Positions 25,843 through 35,262 are shown, counted from the first letter of the stretch. The stretch: 64,000 nt of DNA from an uncultured Treponema sp. (GCA_937890485.1 CALBXN010000010.1:1178-65177); one strand, 5' to 3'. The notes: generated from the letters alone by a model not told the origin. A program made the numbers and translations.

Positions 25843-25862
25843 TCACAAGGAGGAAGAAAATT

Positions 25863-26441
25863 ATGTCTATTAGCTTAGTAAAAGGTCAGAAAATTGATTT
25901 AACAAAGGGTAACAGTGGTTTAACAAAAGTCATATTCGGTTTGGGTTGGGATACCAACCGATACGATGGAAATGCAGATTTTGACTTAGATGTATCTGCA
26001 TTTCTTACAGACAACACGGGTAAGGTAACTGGCGACACAGATTTCGTATTCTACAATCAGCCACAGCATCCAAGTGGAGCAATTATCTATTCTGGTGACA
26101 ATCAGACAGGTGTTGGTAACGGTGATGATGAAACATTTACTATTGATTTGACCAGAATCCCATCCAATATCGAAAGAATTAGTTTCGCAGCAACTATTTA
26201 TGATGCAGAAAACAGATTACAGAATTTTGGAATGGTAGATAATTCTTACATTAGAGCATATGACGCAAATACAAATGAAGAATTATTTAAGTATGAACTC
26301 AATGAAGATTTTTCATTAGAGACTGGAATTGTAGCTGGTGAATTGTATCGCAAGAACGGTGAGTGGAAGTTCAATGCTGTCGGTTCTGGCTACAGTGGTG
26401 GTTTGGCAACAATCGCAAGAAATTACGGATTAAACATTTAA
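25863..26441 (+). CDS. terD: TerD-domain stress protein (paralog 1)
   Basis: MSISLVKGQKIDLTK...GLGWD...FDLDVSAF...SGDNQTGVGNGDDETFTIDL...GEWKFNAVG. Confidence 0.9.
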   Translation: MSISLVKGQKIDLTKGNSGLTKVIFGLGWDTNRYDGNADFDLDVSAFLTDNTGKVTGDTDFVFYNQPQHPSGAIIYSGDNQTGVGNGDDETFTIDLTRIPSNIERISFAATIYDAENRLQNFGMVDNSYIRAYDANTNEELFKYELNEDFSLETGIVAGELYRKNGEWKFNAVGSGYSGGLATIARNYGLNI

Positions 26442-26459
26442 TTAAGGAGGATAACGAAT

Positions 26460-27032
26460 ATGTCAGTAAGTTTAGTAAAGGGTCAGAAGATTAATTTATC
26501 AAAGGAAGTAGAAGGATTAAGCAAGGTAGTAGTAGGTCTTGGTTGGGACGCTGCTAAAAAGGGATTGTTTGGTCAGAAGTATGATATTGACTGTGATGCA
26601 TCTGTAATCGTATTAGGAGCAAATGATTCTTATAGAGGTGTTGCATACTATGGCGAAAGAAAGTTAGAGAGTGGATGCGTTTATCATCATGGAGACAACT
26701 TAACTGGTGACGGAGATGGTGATGATGAACAGATTACAGTTGATTTAAAGAAGATGCCAAGTTCCGTTGAGAAGGTAGTGTTTGTAGTTAATATCTACAA
26801 CTGTGAATCAAGAAAACAGGATTTTGGAATGATTAAGAATGCATTTATCCGATTGGTTGATGAAACAACTGGTAAGGAAATTTGTAAGTATAACCTTTCT
26901 GAAAACTATTCTGGCAAAACAGCAATGGTATTTGCAGAAGTATATAAGAAGGATAATGAGTGGAGATTCAATGCAATCGGTCAGGGAACAACTGATAAGA
27001 GTATCAGTGAAATGGCTAGAAAGTACAAGTAG
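26460..27032 (+). CDS. terD: TerD-domain stress protein (paralog 2)
   Basis: MSVSLVKGQKINLSK...GLGWD...HGDNLTGDGDGDDEQITVDL...NEWRFNAIG. Confidence 0.9.
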   Translation: MSVSLVKGQKINLSKEVEGLSKVVVGLGWDAAKKGLFGQKYDIDCDASVIVLGANDSYRGVAYYGERKLESGCVYHHGDNLTGDGDGDDEQITVDLKKMPSSVEKVVFVVNIYNCESRKQDFGMIKNAFIRLVDETTGKEICKYNLSENYSGKTAMVFAEVYKKDNEWRFNAIGQGTTDKSISEMARKYK

Positions 27033-27041
27033 GAGGTATTT

Positions 27042-27623
27042 ATGTCAGTAAGTTTAGCAAAAGGCGAAAGAGTTAGTTTAACAAAGGATAGATCATCTCT
27101 TAATAAGATTTTGGTTGGTCTTGGTTGGGATGTTAATCATTATGATGGCGAATCTAGTTTTGATTTAGACGCATCCGTGTTTATGACAAAGGCAAATGGC
27201 AAGGTAGGAAATGATGGAGATTTTATTTTCTATGGAAATCTTGCACATTCAACAAAGAGTGTTGTACATACTGGCGATAATCGTACAGGCGAAGGAAGTG
27301 GAGATGATGAAGTTATTAAGGTAAAACTTAATAGTATTCCATCTGATTACACCAATTTAGCAGTAGCAGTAACAATTTACGATGCTCAGACAAGACTTCA
27401 GAATTTTGGCATGGTCAACAATGCTTATATCAGAATCGTTGATGAAGAGACAAATGAAGAGGTACTTAGATATGATTTAAGTGAAGACTTTTCTACAGAG
27501 ACGGCATTGGTTGTTGCAGAGATTTATAAGCACAACGGAGAATGGAAGTTTAAGGCAGTAGGAAGTGGTTATAACGGAGGATTGCAGACACTTTGTTCTC
27601 AGTATGGTATTGATGCGGAGTAG
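27042..27623 (+). CDS. terD: TerD-domain stress protein (paralog 3)
   Basis: MSVSLAKGERVSLTK...GLGWD...TGDNRTGEGSGDDEVIKVKL...GEWKFKAVG. Confidence 0.9.
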   Translation: MSVSLAKGERVSLTKDRSSLNKILVGLGWDVNHYDGESSFDLDASVFMTKANGKVGNDGDFIFYGNLAHSTKSVVHTGDNRTGEGSGDDEVIKVKLNSIPSDYTNLAVAVTIYDAQTRLQNFGMVNNAYIRIVDEETNEEVLRYDLSEDFSTETALVVAEIYKHNGEWKFKAVGSGYNGGLQTLCSQYGIDAE

Positions 27624-27632
27624 GAGGACATT

Positions 27633-28382
27633 ATGACAAATTTTATGTTTATTGTTTTGGTTATTATTGCGATTGTAGCAATTATTGCTTTCTTCAACAC
27701 ACCGTTTGGTAAGCAGTTAAGAGTAAAAGCAAAGGGTAGAACTGATGAGGTTATGAGACAAGATGCCTCTACACCAGAAGGTGCAAGAGATTATTACAAC
27801 GCAGCCATTAGAGATAAGGAAGAATTTTATAACAAAGCATCTGCTACTTTTGCTGAGATTTCTGGAAAGTTAGATTCGGCAGAAAAGGAATTATATCAGT
27901 CTAATAAGGACATTATGAGAATTACACAGCAGATTAACGCTTGTCTTGATGAAAATAATGAAGAAAGTGCTATGTCTTATGCTATGAAAAAGGCAACTCT
28001 TGAAAGCAAAATTAATGTGTTAAAAGATACTATTGAAGAAATGAAACAGGCAAAAGCACATCAGAAAGAAATTCGTGACCAAGCTGCTACTGATTTGCAG
28101 AAGTTAAAAGAAGAGAAGGAACAGGTTCTTTTCCAGATGGAAGCAGATAGTCAGATTATTCAGTTACATCAGAGTATGGATAGTATGAATATCAATAACG
28201 AAACTGAGAGAATGCTTGACAGAGTTCGTGAAGGTGCAAGAAAGACTAGAGAAAGAGCAGAAGGTAGTCGTATTGCCTATGATACAAGTAGTCAAGCGCA
28301 GGATAGACGTTTAGAAGTATCTGAAAGAGAAAGAAATGCTAGACAGATGTTAGAAGAAATGAAGCGTCAGAGAGGTAAGTAA
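27633..28382 (+). CDS. membrane-anchored coiled-coil protein, PspA/IM30-like (tentative)
   Basis: N-terminal TM helix FMFIVLVIIAIVAIIAFF. The long helical region (ESAMSYAMKKATLESKINVLKDTIEEMK) resembles PspA helix 2-3. Confidence 0.45.
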   Translation: MTNFMFIVLVIIAIVAIIAFFNTPFGKQLRVKAKGRTDEVMRQDASTPEGARDYYNAAIRDKEEFYNKASATFAEISGKLDSAEKELYQSNKDIMRITQQINACLDENNEESAMSYAMKKATLESKINVLKDTIEEMKQAKAHQKEIRDQAATDLQKLKEEKEQVLFQMEADSQIIQLHQSMDSMNINNETERMLDRVREGARKTRERAEGSRIAYDTSSQAQDRRLEVSERERNARQMLEEMKRQRGK

Positions 28383-28474
28383 TGATTGTATTAAATCTTG
28401 GTGTATTTGTTTTGTGTCTTGTAGGATTTTTCTTTGCAGGATACATAGCAGGAAGACGTAATAAGTCTAAGTAA
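28382..28474 (+). CDS. 30-aa single-pass membrane peptide
   Basis: Hand-translated MIVLNLGVFVLCLVGFFFAGYIAGRRNKSK. Its ATG overlaps the upstream stop (TAATG), suggesting translational coupling. Confidence 0.4.
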   Translation: MIVLNLGVFVLCLVGFFFAGYIAGRRNKSK

Positions 28475-28483
28475 TTATCTTTG

Positions 28484-28511
28484 CTTTGCGTGGTGTCATA
28501 GCCACGCAGAG
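28484..28511 (+). terminator. hairpin / weak terminator closing the cassette
   Basis: 10-bp stem CTTTGCGTGG/CCACGCAGAG (one G-U pair). Poor U-tract. Confidence 0.4.
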
Positions 28512-28563
28512 TATTCGGTGAAATGAACCACATTGTAATAGGAAGAAACTGGTTTAAATCACC

Positions 28564-29385
28564 ATGAAAAATAAACTGAGAGGAGTGAATTACATAAGAG
28601 GAATTAAAGGAAGTCCAGATATAAGCAAAATAGGTGAAATTAGAAACAATAGTAAAGGTACACCGATGAAAATTGTTGCATATAGGAACTCAGAAGATAT
28701 TGATGTGCAGTTTCAAGATAAGTTTTATTACATAAAAGAACATCAGACATATAGCAATTTTAAAGCAGGTGTTATTAAGAATCCTTATGACAGAACAGTA
28801 TTTGATGTTGGGTATTTAGGTGTTGGAAGACACAAAATTCAATATCCTGAAACGATGACAAATACAAAAGTGTATATGTCTTGGAAGAATATGCTTGATA
28901 GATGTTACTGTGAAAGACATAAAGAAAAGAATCCTTGCTATTTTGAAATATCAACAGTGTGTGATGAATGGCATAACTTCCAAAATTTCGCAGATTGGTA
29001 CGAAGAAAGAGAATATGAAACTGAAGGAAGATTACATTTAGATAAGGATATCAAATATCCTGGCAATACGGTATATAGCCCACAAACTTGTATATTAACT
29101 CCTCAAAAAATAAATATGATGTTTGTTAATAAGTCAAATAACAGAGGTCTTCCGAATGGAATTGTTAAGCAAGGCAAGGGATATTTGGCTAAATATAACC
29201 ATGAGCATTTGGGTGTATATCCAACTGTAGAAGAAGCATATTATCGTCAGACTCAGAAAAAGAAAGAGGCAATCATAGAATTAGCGGATGATTACAGAAA
29301 TAGAAATATCATTCCACAATATATCTATGACATTGTTGTAGCTTATGAGTTTGATATTAGAAATGATAGAAACTATGTTGCATAG
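28564..29385 (+). CDS. putative homing endonuclease with AP2-like domain (paralog 2 of 3)
   Basis: Same conserved blocks as 8517-9284. No SD at ATG 28564, so the start is uncertain. Confidence 0.55.
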   Translation: MKNKLRGVNYIRGIKGSPDISKIGEIRNNSKGTPMKIVAYRNSEDIDVQFQDKFYYIKEHQTYSNFKAGVIKNPYDRTVFDVGYLGVGRHKIQYPETMTNTKVYMSWKNMLDRCYCERHKEKNPCYFEISTVCDEWHNFQNFADWYEEREYETEGRLHLDKDIKYPGNTVYSPQTCILTPQKINMMFVNKSNNRGLPNGIVKQGKGYLAKYNHEHLGVYPTVEEAYYRQTQKKKEAIIELADDYRNRNIIPQYIYDIVVAYEFDIRNDRNYVA

Positions 29386-29399
29386 AAAGGAGAATGTGA

Positions 29400-30680
29400 T
29401 TGTTAGAAGTAATTGAGATTTTCAAAAAGATACAGAATACGAGTGGTCTTAATGATAAAAAGGCTATTGTAACTGCAAATAAAGATAATGAATTATTCAA
29501 GAAATGCTTGGTGTTCTTGCTGAGTCCACACGTTTTAACTGGCATTTCAGATAAGAAGATACATAAAAAGGTAGAGCCTAGTTCCGAATTAGCACCATAT
29601 TATCTGTGTAAAATTAGCACGTTTGAAGAAGTTATGGACTATTTGGAGAAGAATAACACAGGTAAGGATGAGGATATTTACGAAGTACAAGCATTTTTGA
29701 GTGGTCATGAAGATGATAGAGAGTTCTATGAACAGATGATTACCAAGAAATTTAGACTTGGAGCTGATGCGAAGTTAGTAAATGCTTGTATAGAAGGTCT
29801 TATTCCTACATTTGACTGTATGTTAGGAACATCAATTGAAAAGTGTAAGATTCCAGAAGGTACTTGGTTCTCATTAAGTCATAAGTTAAATGGTAATCGT
29901 TGTTTATATTACAATGGCGATTTCTATACAAGACAAGGAAAGTTATACACAGGATTAGAACATATCAAAACAGACCTTGAACATTTATCAAATGCAAAGA
30001 GTTTTGTCTTTGATGGAGAACTTATTTATAAGAACCATGAAGGATTAACAGACTCCGCTGCGTTTCAGAAGGGTACTGGTATAGCAAATAGTAAGAATGA
30101 TACTAAGACAGAATTAAAGCTTGTGCTTTTTGATGTTCTTCCAAGAGAAGAATTTGATAAGGGTATTTCAAGAGATACATATAAGAATCGAAGAATGAAA
30201 CTCAATAAGTTGAGAGAACTTGAAACAGAAAACTTTGAAGTAGTGACTATGTTCTACGAAGGAACTGACCAATCTGAGATTTGGAAGTGGTTAGACTACG
30301 CAGAACAACATGATATGGAAGGATTGATGTTATCTTTAGATGCCCCTTATGAGTGTAAGCGTACTAAGAACTTGATTAAGGTCAAGAAGTTTTACGATTT
30401 TGATTTGAGAATCATTGATTGTGAAGAAGGAACTGGACGTAACAAAGGTAGATTAGGTGCTTTTGTAGTTGATTATAAGGGCAATCGTGTAAATGTTGGG
30501 TCAGGTTTCAGTGACGAAGAGCGTGATAAGTATTGGGAAAATAGAGAAGAACTTATTGGAAGAGTAATCACAGTTAAATATAAGGAAATCAGCAGAGATA
30601 AAAAGACTGGATTAGAGAGTCTACAATTCCCTATCTACTGTGGATTGAGGGAGATTGGTAAAGAGCCTAGCTATGACTAG
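29400..30680 (+). CDS. ATP-dependent DNA ligase
   Basis: Nucleotidyltransferase motifs: I SHKLNGNR (KxxGxR), III FVFDGELIY, IV EGLMLSL, V LIKVKK. TTG start 9 nt after AGGAG. Confidence 0.8.
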   Translation: MLEVIEIFKKIQNTSGLNDKKAIVTANKDNELFKKCLVFLLSPHVLTGISDKKIHKKVEPSSELAPYYLCKISTFEEVMDYLEKNNTGKDEDIYEVQAFLSGHEDDREFYEQMITKKFRLGADAKLVNACIEGLIPTFDCMLGTSIEKCKIPEGTWFSLSHKLNGNRCLYYNGDFYTRQGKLYTGLEHIKTDLEHLSNAKSFVFDGELIYKNHEGLTDSAAFQKGTGIANSKNDTKTELKLVLFDVLPREEFDKGISRDTYKNRRMKLNKLRELETENFEVVTMFYEGTDQSEIWKWLDYAEQHDMEGLMLSLDAPYECKRTKNLIKVKKFYDFDLRIIDCEEGTGRNKGRLGAFVVDYKGNRVNVGSGFSDEERDKYWENREELIGRVITVKYKEISRDKKTGLESLQFPIYCGLREIGKEPSYD

Positions 30681-30733
30681 GCTCAAAATCTCCTGAAAAC
30701 ATCGGTTTCATTGCTATTTTTGAAAGGAGTAAT

Positions 30734-31015
30734 ATGTCAGATTCAAATTATTGTCCACCATTTCAAAAATGGAATAAGCAGAAAATCATAGAAATAATTA
30801 AGAAAAATGGTTTTAGTTTTGAAGATGAGTATGGTGGGATTTTTAGCTTTTATATAGATAAAAATGTGTTTGAAAATATGTACACATTATATCTGCAAAG
30901 AACACAATTATATATTTGTGAACCTAATATTAGAATTTCAGATGGCATAAAATCTTACAAAAAATTGGATGATTTTCTTACTTGTGAAATGAATAGAAGG
31001 AGAAATAACTTATGA
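30734..31015 (+). CDS. hypothetical protein (93 aa)
   Basis: SD AAAGGAG upstream. Confidence 0.6.
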   Translation: MSDSNYCPPFQKWNKQKIIEIIKKNGFSFEDEYGGIFSFYIDKNVFENMYTLYLQRTQLYICEPNIRISDGIKSYKKLDDFLTCEMNRRRNNL

Positions 31016-31434
31016 AACTTAAAGAGAAACTAAAGAACTGGTTGTTTGCAGATGAGATTAAGAGAATACAGATATTAGAAACTTGTTATAAAGACCAAAT
31101 TGATTGGTGTAAAGATAGGGCAGATGAGTCTTATAGGACATCTGAAAGAGCAAGATTGTCATATCAACGTTCAGAAAAAGAAGTGGAAGAGTGTAGAAAA
31201 CTTCTTACGCAGCTTGTAGATATCGGTGTTGATGTAGGTTTTTATACTGAAGAACATAGTTGGGCAGTAATTTGTATTGCAGGTAAGCAAGAATATGTAA
31301 AATTCTTACCACTAAATTATGGTGATGCAAGAGATGTTCTTAGGTTTTTAAAACAGTTTGAGTATTCAAGGAGAATAGTTGATAGTCCTTTAGCGTTTAA
31401 AAACATATTGAAGAATGAGTTTTTAGAGAGGTAG
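31012..31434 (+). CDS. hypothetical protein (140 aa)
   Basis: ATGA overlap with the previous gene. SD GAAGGAG. Confidence 0.6.
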   Translation: MKLKEKLKNWLFADEIKRIQILETCYKDQIDWCKDRADESYRTSERARLSYQRSEKEVEECRKLLTQLVDIGVDVGFYTEEHSWAVICIAGKQEYVKFLPLNYGDARDVLRFLKQFEYSRRIVDSPLAFKNILKNEFLER

Positions 31435-31444
31435 GTGCAATATT

Positions 31445-31747
31445 ATGAGTCATCCAATGTGTCCATATTGTAGATTTGAAGAATCTAATTTTTGCGACAA
31501 GGGTAGAGGTGGTGTATGTCAAATATTCCAACCTAAAATAAGAGAAGTCAAATTTGATATTTGTCCTATATGTGGAAGAGAAGTAAAAGTTCGTGGTGGA
31601 GTTGAAGATTGGAAACCAACTTTTTACGACCCTGATAGTGGTGGCGACCCATATTATATTCATTGTGAATGTGGGATTGAATTTAGTATTGGACATTGTG
31701 AAATAACAGATTTAGCAAAAGCGTGGAATAAAAGAGTAAGGCAATAG
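31445..31747 (+). CDS. Lar-like zinc-ribbon protein
   Basis: CPYC...CPICG...HCECG and the C-terminal LAKAWNKRV motif. Confidence 0.5.
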   Translation: MSHPMCPYCRFEESNFCDKGRGGVCQIFQPKIREVKFDICPICGREVKVRGGVEDWKPTFYDPDSGGDPYYIHCECGIEFSIGHCEITDLAKAWNKRVRQ

Positions 31748-31776
31748 AATTTTCATTTTAAGACCGTTTTGGAGGT
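31744..31776 (+). promoter_or_regulatory. conserved intergenic cassette ATAGAA-N6-TTTTAAGACCGTTTTGGAGGT
   Basis: The TAG of ATAGAA is the upstream stop codon. The 23-nt core is identical to 10322-10344. Confidence 0.5.
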
Positions 31777-31783
31777 GTAATTA

Positions 31784-31936
31784 GTGGGTTTACCAGAAAG
31801 TTTTTACAAAGAAATGGATAAGATGTTTGAAGAACTCGGTATAGAATTGGAAGATACAGATGATAAAGAAAAGATTATAAATGCAGATATGTTTATAGCG
31901 ACTTTTACACCATCAGAACCAATAGTAATTAAATAA
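31784..31936 (+). CDS. hypothetical small acidic protein (50 aa)
   Basis: Hand-translated GTG ORF 8 nt after GGAGGTG. Confidence 0.4.
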   Translation: MGLPESFYKEMDKMFEELGIELEDTDDKEKIINADMFIATFTPSEPIVIK

Positions 31937-31954
31937 AAAAGGTGGATAGAGAAG

Positions 31955-32233
31955 ATGTATGTAGAGAATATAGTTATAGGCAAACCGATTGTAGAACCAT
32001 CTACAATGCTTTCGCTTGATGAAGACGATTGGAATAGAACTGAAAAAGAGAAAACTTATTACACAGACGAAAGATTTTTACCAAGAATCTTGGTTGATAT
32101 TGGTATCTATCCATCTGTTAATGAGATAAGAAGAAATAAACCTGATTTGATGATTGAGTTAAATCAACTAGATTTTCTTGATAATCTGAAAGTTAGCAAG
32201 AAGAGAAGATTGTGGATATTGGTAGGTGAATAA
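31955..32233 (+). CDS. hypothetical protein (92 aa)
   Basis: SD AAGGTGG upstream. Confidence 0.6.
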   Translation: MYVENIVIGKPIVEPSTMLSLDEDDWNRTEKEKTYYTDERFLPRILVDIGIYPSVNEIRRNKPDLMIELNQLDFLDNLKVSKKRRLWILVGE

Positions 32234-32234
32234 T

Positions 32235-32819
32235 ATGAGTGATGATAATAGAGATTTTTACCTCAATACACTTAGAAGTATTGTAAAAACAGATGATGGT
32301 TACTGTTTGCAAAAGGTCTATGACGAAGACGAAAATGGGAAAATGATACAAACAGAAGAAGATAAAAACAATCCAAATAAGAATTATTTTTCTAAGAACT
32401 GTTATAGGTGCTTACATAGTAGTCATGAAGATTGTTTATTAAGAACCAAGTTAGAGAATCTTCCTGAAAATCATTTTATTCCTTGTCATTGGATTGCAAG
32501 TTGCGATGCTTATTCACCATTACTCCCATTAAACATTATCAATTCAAAAGAAGAGATGATTCAGTTTATTGAAAAGTCTGAGAATTTCTTTGGCTGTCCA
32601 GAAGACTATGAATCTTATTTTGGGTTTGAGAGAGAATGGGATGAAGAAACTGGCGAGATTTTGGAGTCAACAAGAGAATATCATAACAGAGGTGAAGAAT
32701 TTAAGGATATTCCTGATAAGTTTCCTTGCGTAATTTATTTTGGAATTGTGGACTATGACGGTGGAAGAATGTATGACGAAAAGTTGGATTGGATTTATAT
32801 AGGAGAATTATATGGTTAA
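32235..32819 (+). CDS. hypothetical protein (194 aa)
   Basis: ATG 32235 follows GGTAGGTGA. The track start at 32226 is GTG. Confidence 0.6.
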   Translation: MSDDNRDFYLNTLRSIVKTDDGYCLQKVYDEDENGKMIQTEEDKNNPNKNYFSKNCYRCLHSSHEDCLLRTKLENLPENHFIPCHWIASCDAYSPLLPLNIINSKEEMIQFIEKSENFFGCPEDYESYFGFEREWDEETGEILESTREYHNRGEEFKDIPDKFPCVIYFGIVDYDGGRMYDEKLDWIYIGELYG

Positions 32820-33000
32820 AATTTGTTGCGATTTATGTGAAAGAAATATGACAAAAGATGAAAATAGAACAAGAGTTACGTTAGAAGATGAAAATGGATA
32901 TGACTATGAATTTGGTCATGTTTTTAGAAAACCAAGAAAGTTAAGAATTGATATATGTGATGAATGTTTGCAGTTGCTGAGAAGTAAAGCAAAGTCTTGA
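32812..33000 (+). CDS. small zinc-ribbon protein
   Basis: CDLCER...CDEC motif. SD AGGAG. Confidence 0.6.
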   Translation: MVKICCDLCERNMTKDENRTRVTLEDENGYDYEFGHVFRKPRKLRIDICDECLQLLRSKAKS

Positions 33001-33032
33001 AACAACTCTTTTAAAGACAAATTGGAGGTGAT
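32996..33032 (+). promoter_or_regulatory. conserved intergenic cassette CTTGAA-N7-TTTTAAAGACAAATTGGAGGTGAT
   Basis: Near-identical to 40006-40042 (TTTTAAGGACAAAATTGGAGGTGAT). The TGA of TTGAA is the upstream stop. Confidence 0.5.
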
Positions 33033-33036
33033 TTTA

Positions 33037-33465
33037 GTGAGTATATGGGAATGGTATCATCATTATAATAAAGAGTTAAAAAGTATTAATAAGACAAAAA
33101 GAGAATATGGATATGCGTTTTTAGGTACATTGAAGATTGGTTTTTGGTTTGGTGTATTTACCGATGTAATGATGTTATTTTCAGTAATGACATTGCCTTT
33201 GCTCAATCTTATTTTTAATGATGATATGAAACCAACGGAAGATATTATTGAAATGTTTATAGGAACGCCAATATGTGCCTTATGTATGTTTATGATAATT
33301 ACTTTTGTTTCAATGATAATTCGTCCAAAAACATTAAAAATGTATGGTAGTGAATCAAAAAATGAATTTCTTAATATCATGGTTGGTGGATTTGACGGAT
33401 GGTTTCAAGTATGTGTTTTTACAGGAGTTAGTAAAAAAGACAGAAATAAGTTTGAAAAACGGTAA
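33037..33465 (+). CDS. integral membrane protein (about 3 TM helices)
   Basis: GTG 33037 follows GGAGGTGAT. Hydrophobic segments FWFGVFTDVMMLFSVMTLPLL and ICALCMFMIITFVSMII. Confidence 0.6.
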   Translation: MSIWEWYHHYNKELKSINKTKREYGYAFLGTLKIGFWFGVFTDVMMLFSVMTLPLLNLIFNDDMKPTEDIIEMFIGTPICALCMFMIITFVSMIIRPKTLKMYGSESKNEFLNIMVGGFDGWFQVCVFTGVSKKDRNKFEKR

Positions 33466-33492
33466 TAGAATTTTGCTTTTAAGAGGAAATAT

Positions 33493-33786
33493 ATGGAAAG
33501 ATTAACAAGACTGTGTAATAACACAGAAAATGGAAAATTTTCTAAATATACTGCATGTGAATATACAGGTGTATATCCAGAGGTTGCACTTGGTAAGGTT
33601 ATTGAAAAACTTGCATATTATGAAAATTTGGAAGAAGAAGGAAGATTAATAATACTGAGTGTTAGCGACATATATCCATGTAAACATTGTGATTGTGGAT
33701 ATGGAAGTATTTCATTAGAAGGTTGTAAGTCATGCCATGATGACTGCGAAAGATTAAAACAATATTATGAGAAATATGGATATTGA
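33493..33786 (+). CDS. hypothetical Cys-rich protein (97 aa)
   Basis: SD GAGGA. The KLAYYENLEEEGRL motif is common in Firmicutes phage proteins of unknown function. Confidence 0.6.
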   Translation: MERLTRLCNNTENGKFSKYTACEYTGVYPEVALGKVIEKLAYYENLEEEGRLIILSVSDIYPCKHCDCGYGSISLEGCKSCHDDCERLKQYYEKYGY

Positions 33787-33815
33787 ATAATGAAAATTAT
33801 ATTGGAGGATTTGAG

Positions 33816-34328
33816 ATGAATGTAAATTGGTCTAAAGAAGAAATGAAACAATATTTTATGTTTACACATCAAACTAAAGTATTGCTTAGAGATAAATACA
33901 TTCAGTTAGAAATGGAAGTAGATGTTTTTAATGGTCATGTAAGTTACAACGTTACTGATGGTGCGGATATTGAATATGCTTCGTTTAATTTGATTGATGA
34001 TGCAATTGATAAGTTTTATGAAATGAAACAAAATAGCAAATCAAAAGAATATAAAGCACAAACCTGTATTTTAAAAGAACATTTAAATTGTCTATATCTG
34101 ACAAAAGAAAATAGAGATAAAGTTTTGAAAAGTTTAAAGCCTCGTCTTGGAGAATATGATGATGTAAAAATTATCGAAGACAATAATAAACAGGTAGTAG
34201 TACAGCATGAAGGATGGCGTAAAGAATATTATTTTTATAATCATTGGTATGTAAGAAATTATGATTGTGTGTGGGAATGTTACACAGATGAAGAATTTAA
34301 AGAAAATTTCCAGTTGGTTGAGGAGTAA
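33816..34328 (+). CDS. hypothetical protein (170 aa)
   Basis: ATG 33816 follows TGGAGGA. The track start at 33783 is an extension. Confidence 0.6.
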   Translation: MNVNWSKEEMKQYFMFTHQTKVLLRDKYIQLEMEVDVFNGHVSYNVTDGADIEYASFNLIDDAIDKFYEMKQNSKSKEYKAQTCILKEHLNCLYLTKENRDKVLKSLKPRLGEYDDVKIIEDNNKQVVVQHEGWRKEYYFYNHWYVRNYDCVWECYTDEEFKENFQLVEE

Positions 34329-34370
34329 AAAAACTCAATTGAACTAACATTTAAAAGGAGAATAAATTAT

Positions 34371-34589
34371 ATGTGGGTAACAGAATATACAGAATTTAAA
34401 TGTCCGTATTGTAATTATGAATATAAATATATTGTAGGTCGTGGTGAAAATTATGAATATAAAGAAAAAGTTTATCATCATGAGGTATGTCCAAATTGCG
34501 AAGAAGAATTTTTAGTTAATAACAATGAATCTATTAAAATGCCAAAGGACAAGAATGAGGTAAAATTTCATTCAAGATGGAGGTCTTAA
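34371..34589 (+). CDS. small zinc-ribbon protein
   Basis: CPYC...CPNC motif. SD AAAGGAG. Confidence 0.6.
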   Translation: MWVTEYTEFKCPYCNYEYKYIVGRGENYEYKEKVYHHEVCPNCEEEFLVNNNESIKMPKDKNEVKFHSRWRS

Positions 34590-34643
34590 ATCCAGAGTTT
34601 TACGAAGAAAATAAATAAAAGCGTTTTATGAGGTGTGTAGATT

Positions 34644-35051
34644 ATGTTGGATAGTAATATGGTATTAGGTTGGGAAGAAGTAACTCATGACTTATATGAA
34701 GAAAACGGATATGTTTTTGGTATAGAGCTAGATTTATTCAATGGATATCAAGTTTATTATGCTAAATCAACAGATAAAAATGGGAAGACATATTATTGCG
34801 ATTTAAGTGATGATATTTATAAAGCTATTAAGGAGTTTAATAAGATAGTAGCTATGAAAGACAAGAGACAAGAGTATATTGAATATTTTACACGTATGCA
34901 AGAAGAAGATAATAAATTTCTTCTTGGTGGAATGGCTTGGGATGGCATTTCTTGGTGGATATATAATGCTACAGAAAAAGACAAATTGTTTACAAAGAAT
35001 GAATTAGCAGATATGTTCCCTGATTTATTAGGGTATTTAAAAAACGAATAA
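34644..35051 (+). CDS. hypothetical protein (135 aa)
   Basis: SD GAGGTG upstream. Confidence 0.6.
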   Translation: MLDSNMVLGWEEVTHDLYEENGYVFGIELDLFNGYQVYYAKSTDKNGKTYYCDLSDDIYKAIKEFNKIVAMKDKRQEYIEYFTRMQEEDNKFLLGGMAWDGISWWIYNATEKDKLFTKNELADMFPDLLGYLKNE

Positions 35052-35076
35052 AAATAAAGTTCACGAGGTGAAATAT

Positions 35077-35253
35077 ATGTTTTTGCATGTAAATTTTATA
35101 AAAATGCTTGGATTTAAATCTATTGATGATTTTGTAGAGGTTTTTGTCAAAGAGCATGTTAATTATTGCATTATGTATAAGCCAGACGGAGTATATGTTG
35201 ATTATGATTTTGATAGCAATAATGGAATTGATAATAAAGGATATTTTAACTAG
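35077..35253 (+). CDS. hypothetical protein (58 aa)
   Basis: ATG 35077 follows GAGGTGA. Confidence 0.5.
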   Translation: MFLHVNFIKMLGFKSIDDFVEVFVKEHVNYCIMYKPDGVYVDYDFDSNNGIDNKGYFN

Positions 35254-35262
35254 GAGGTTAAT

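Noticed and set aside
26839-27051. Same-strand overlapping ORFs in alternative frames (26839-27051, 35144-35332, 41513-41722, 46947-47144, 50606-50797, 53071-53262, 10004-10126 extension, 36547-36636 extension).
   Set aside because: They are embedded in or extend over better-supported genes, have no SD, and their translations are compositionally odd. I treated them as frame artefacts.
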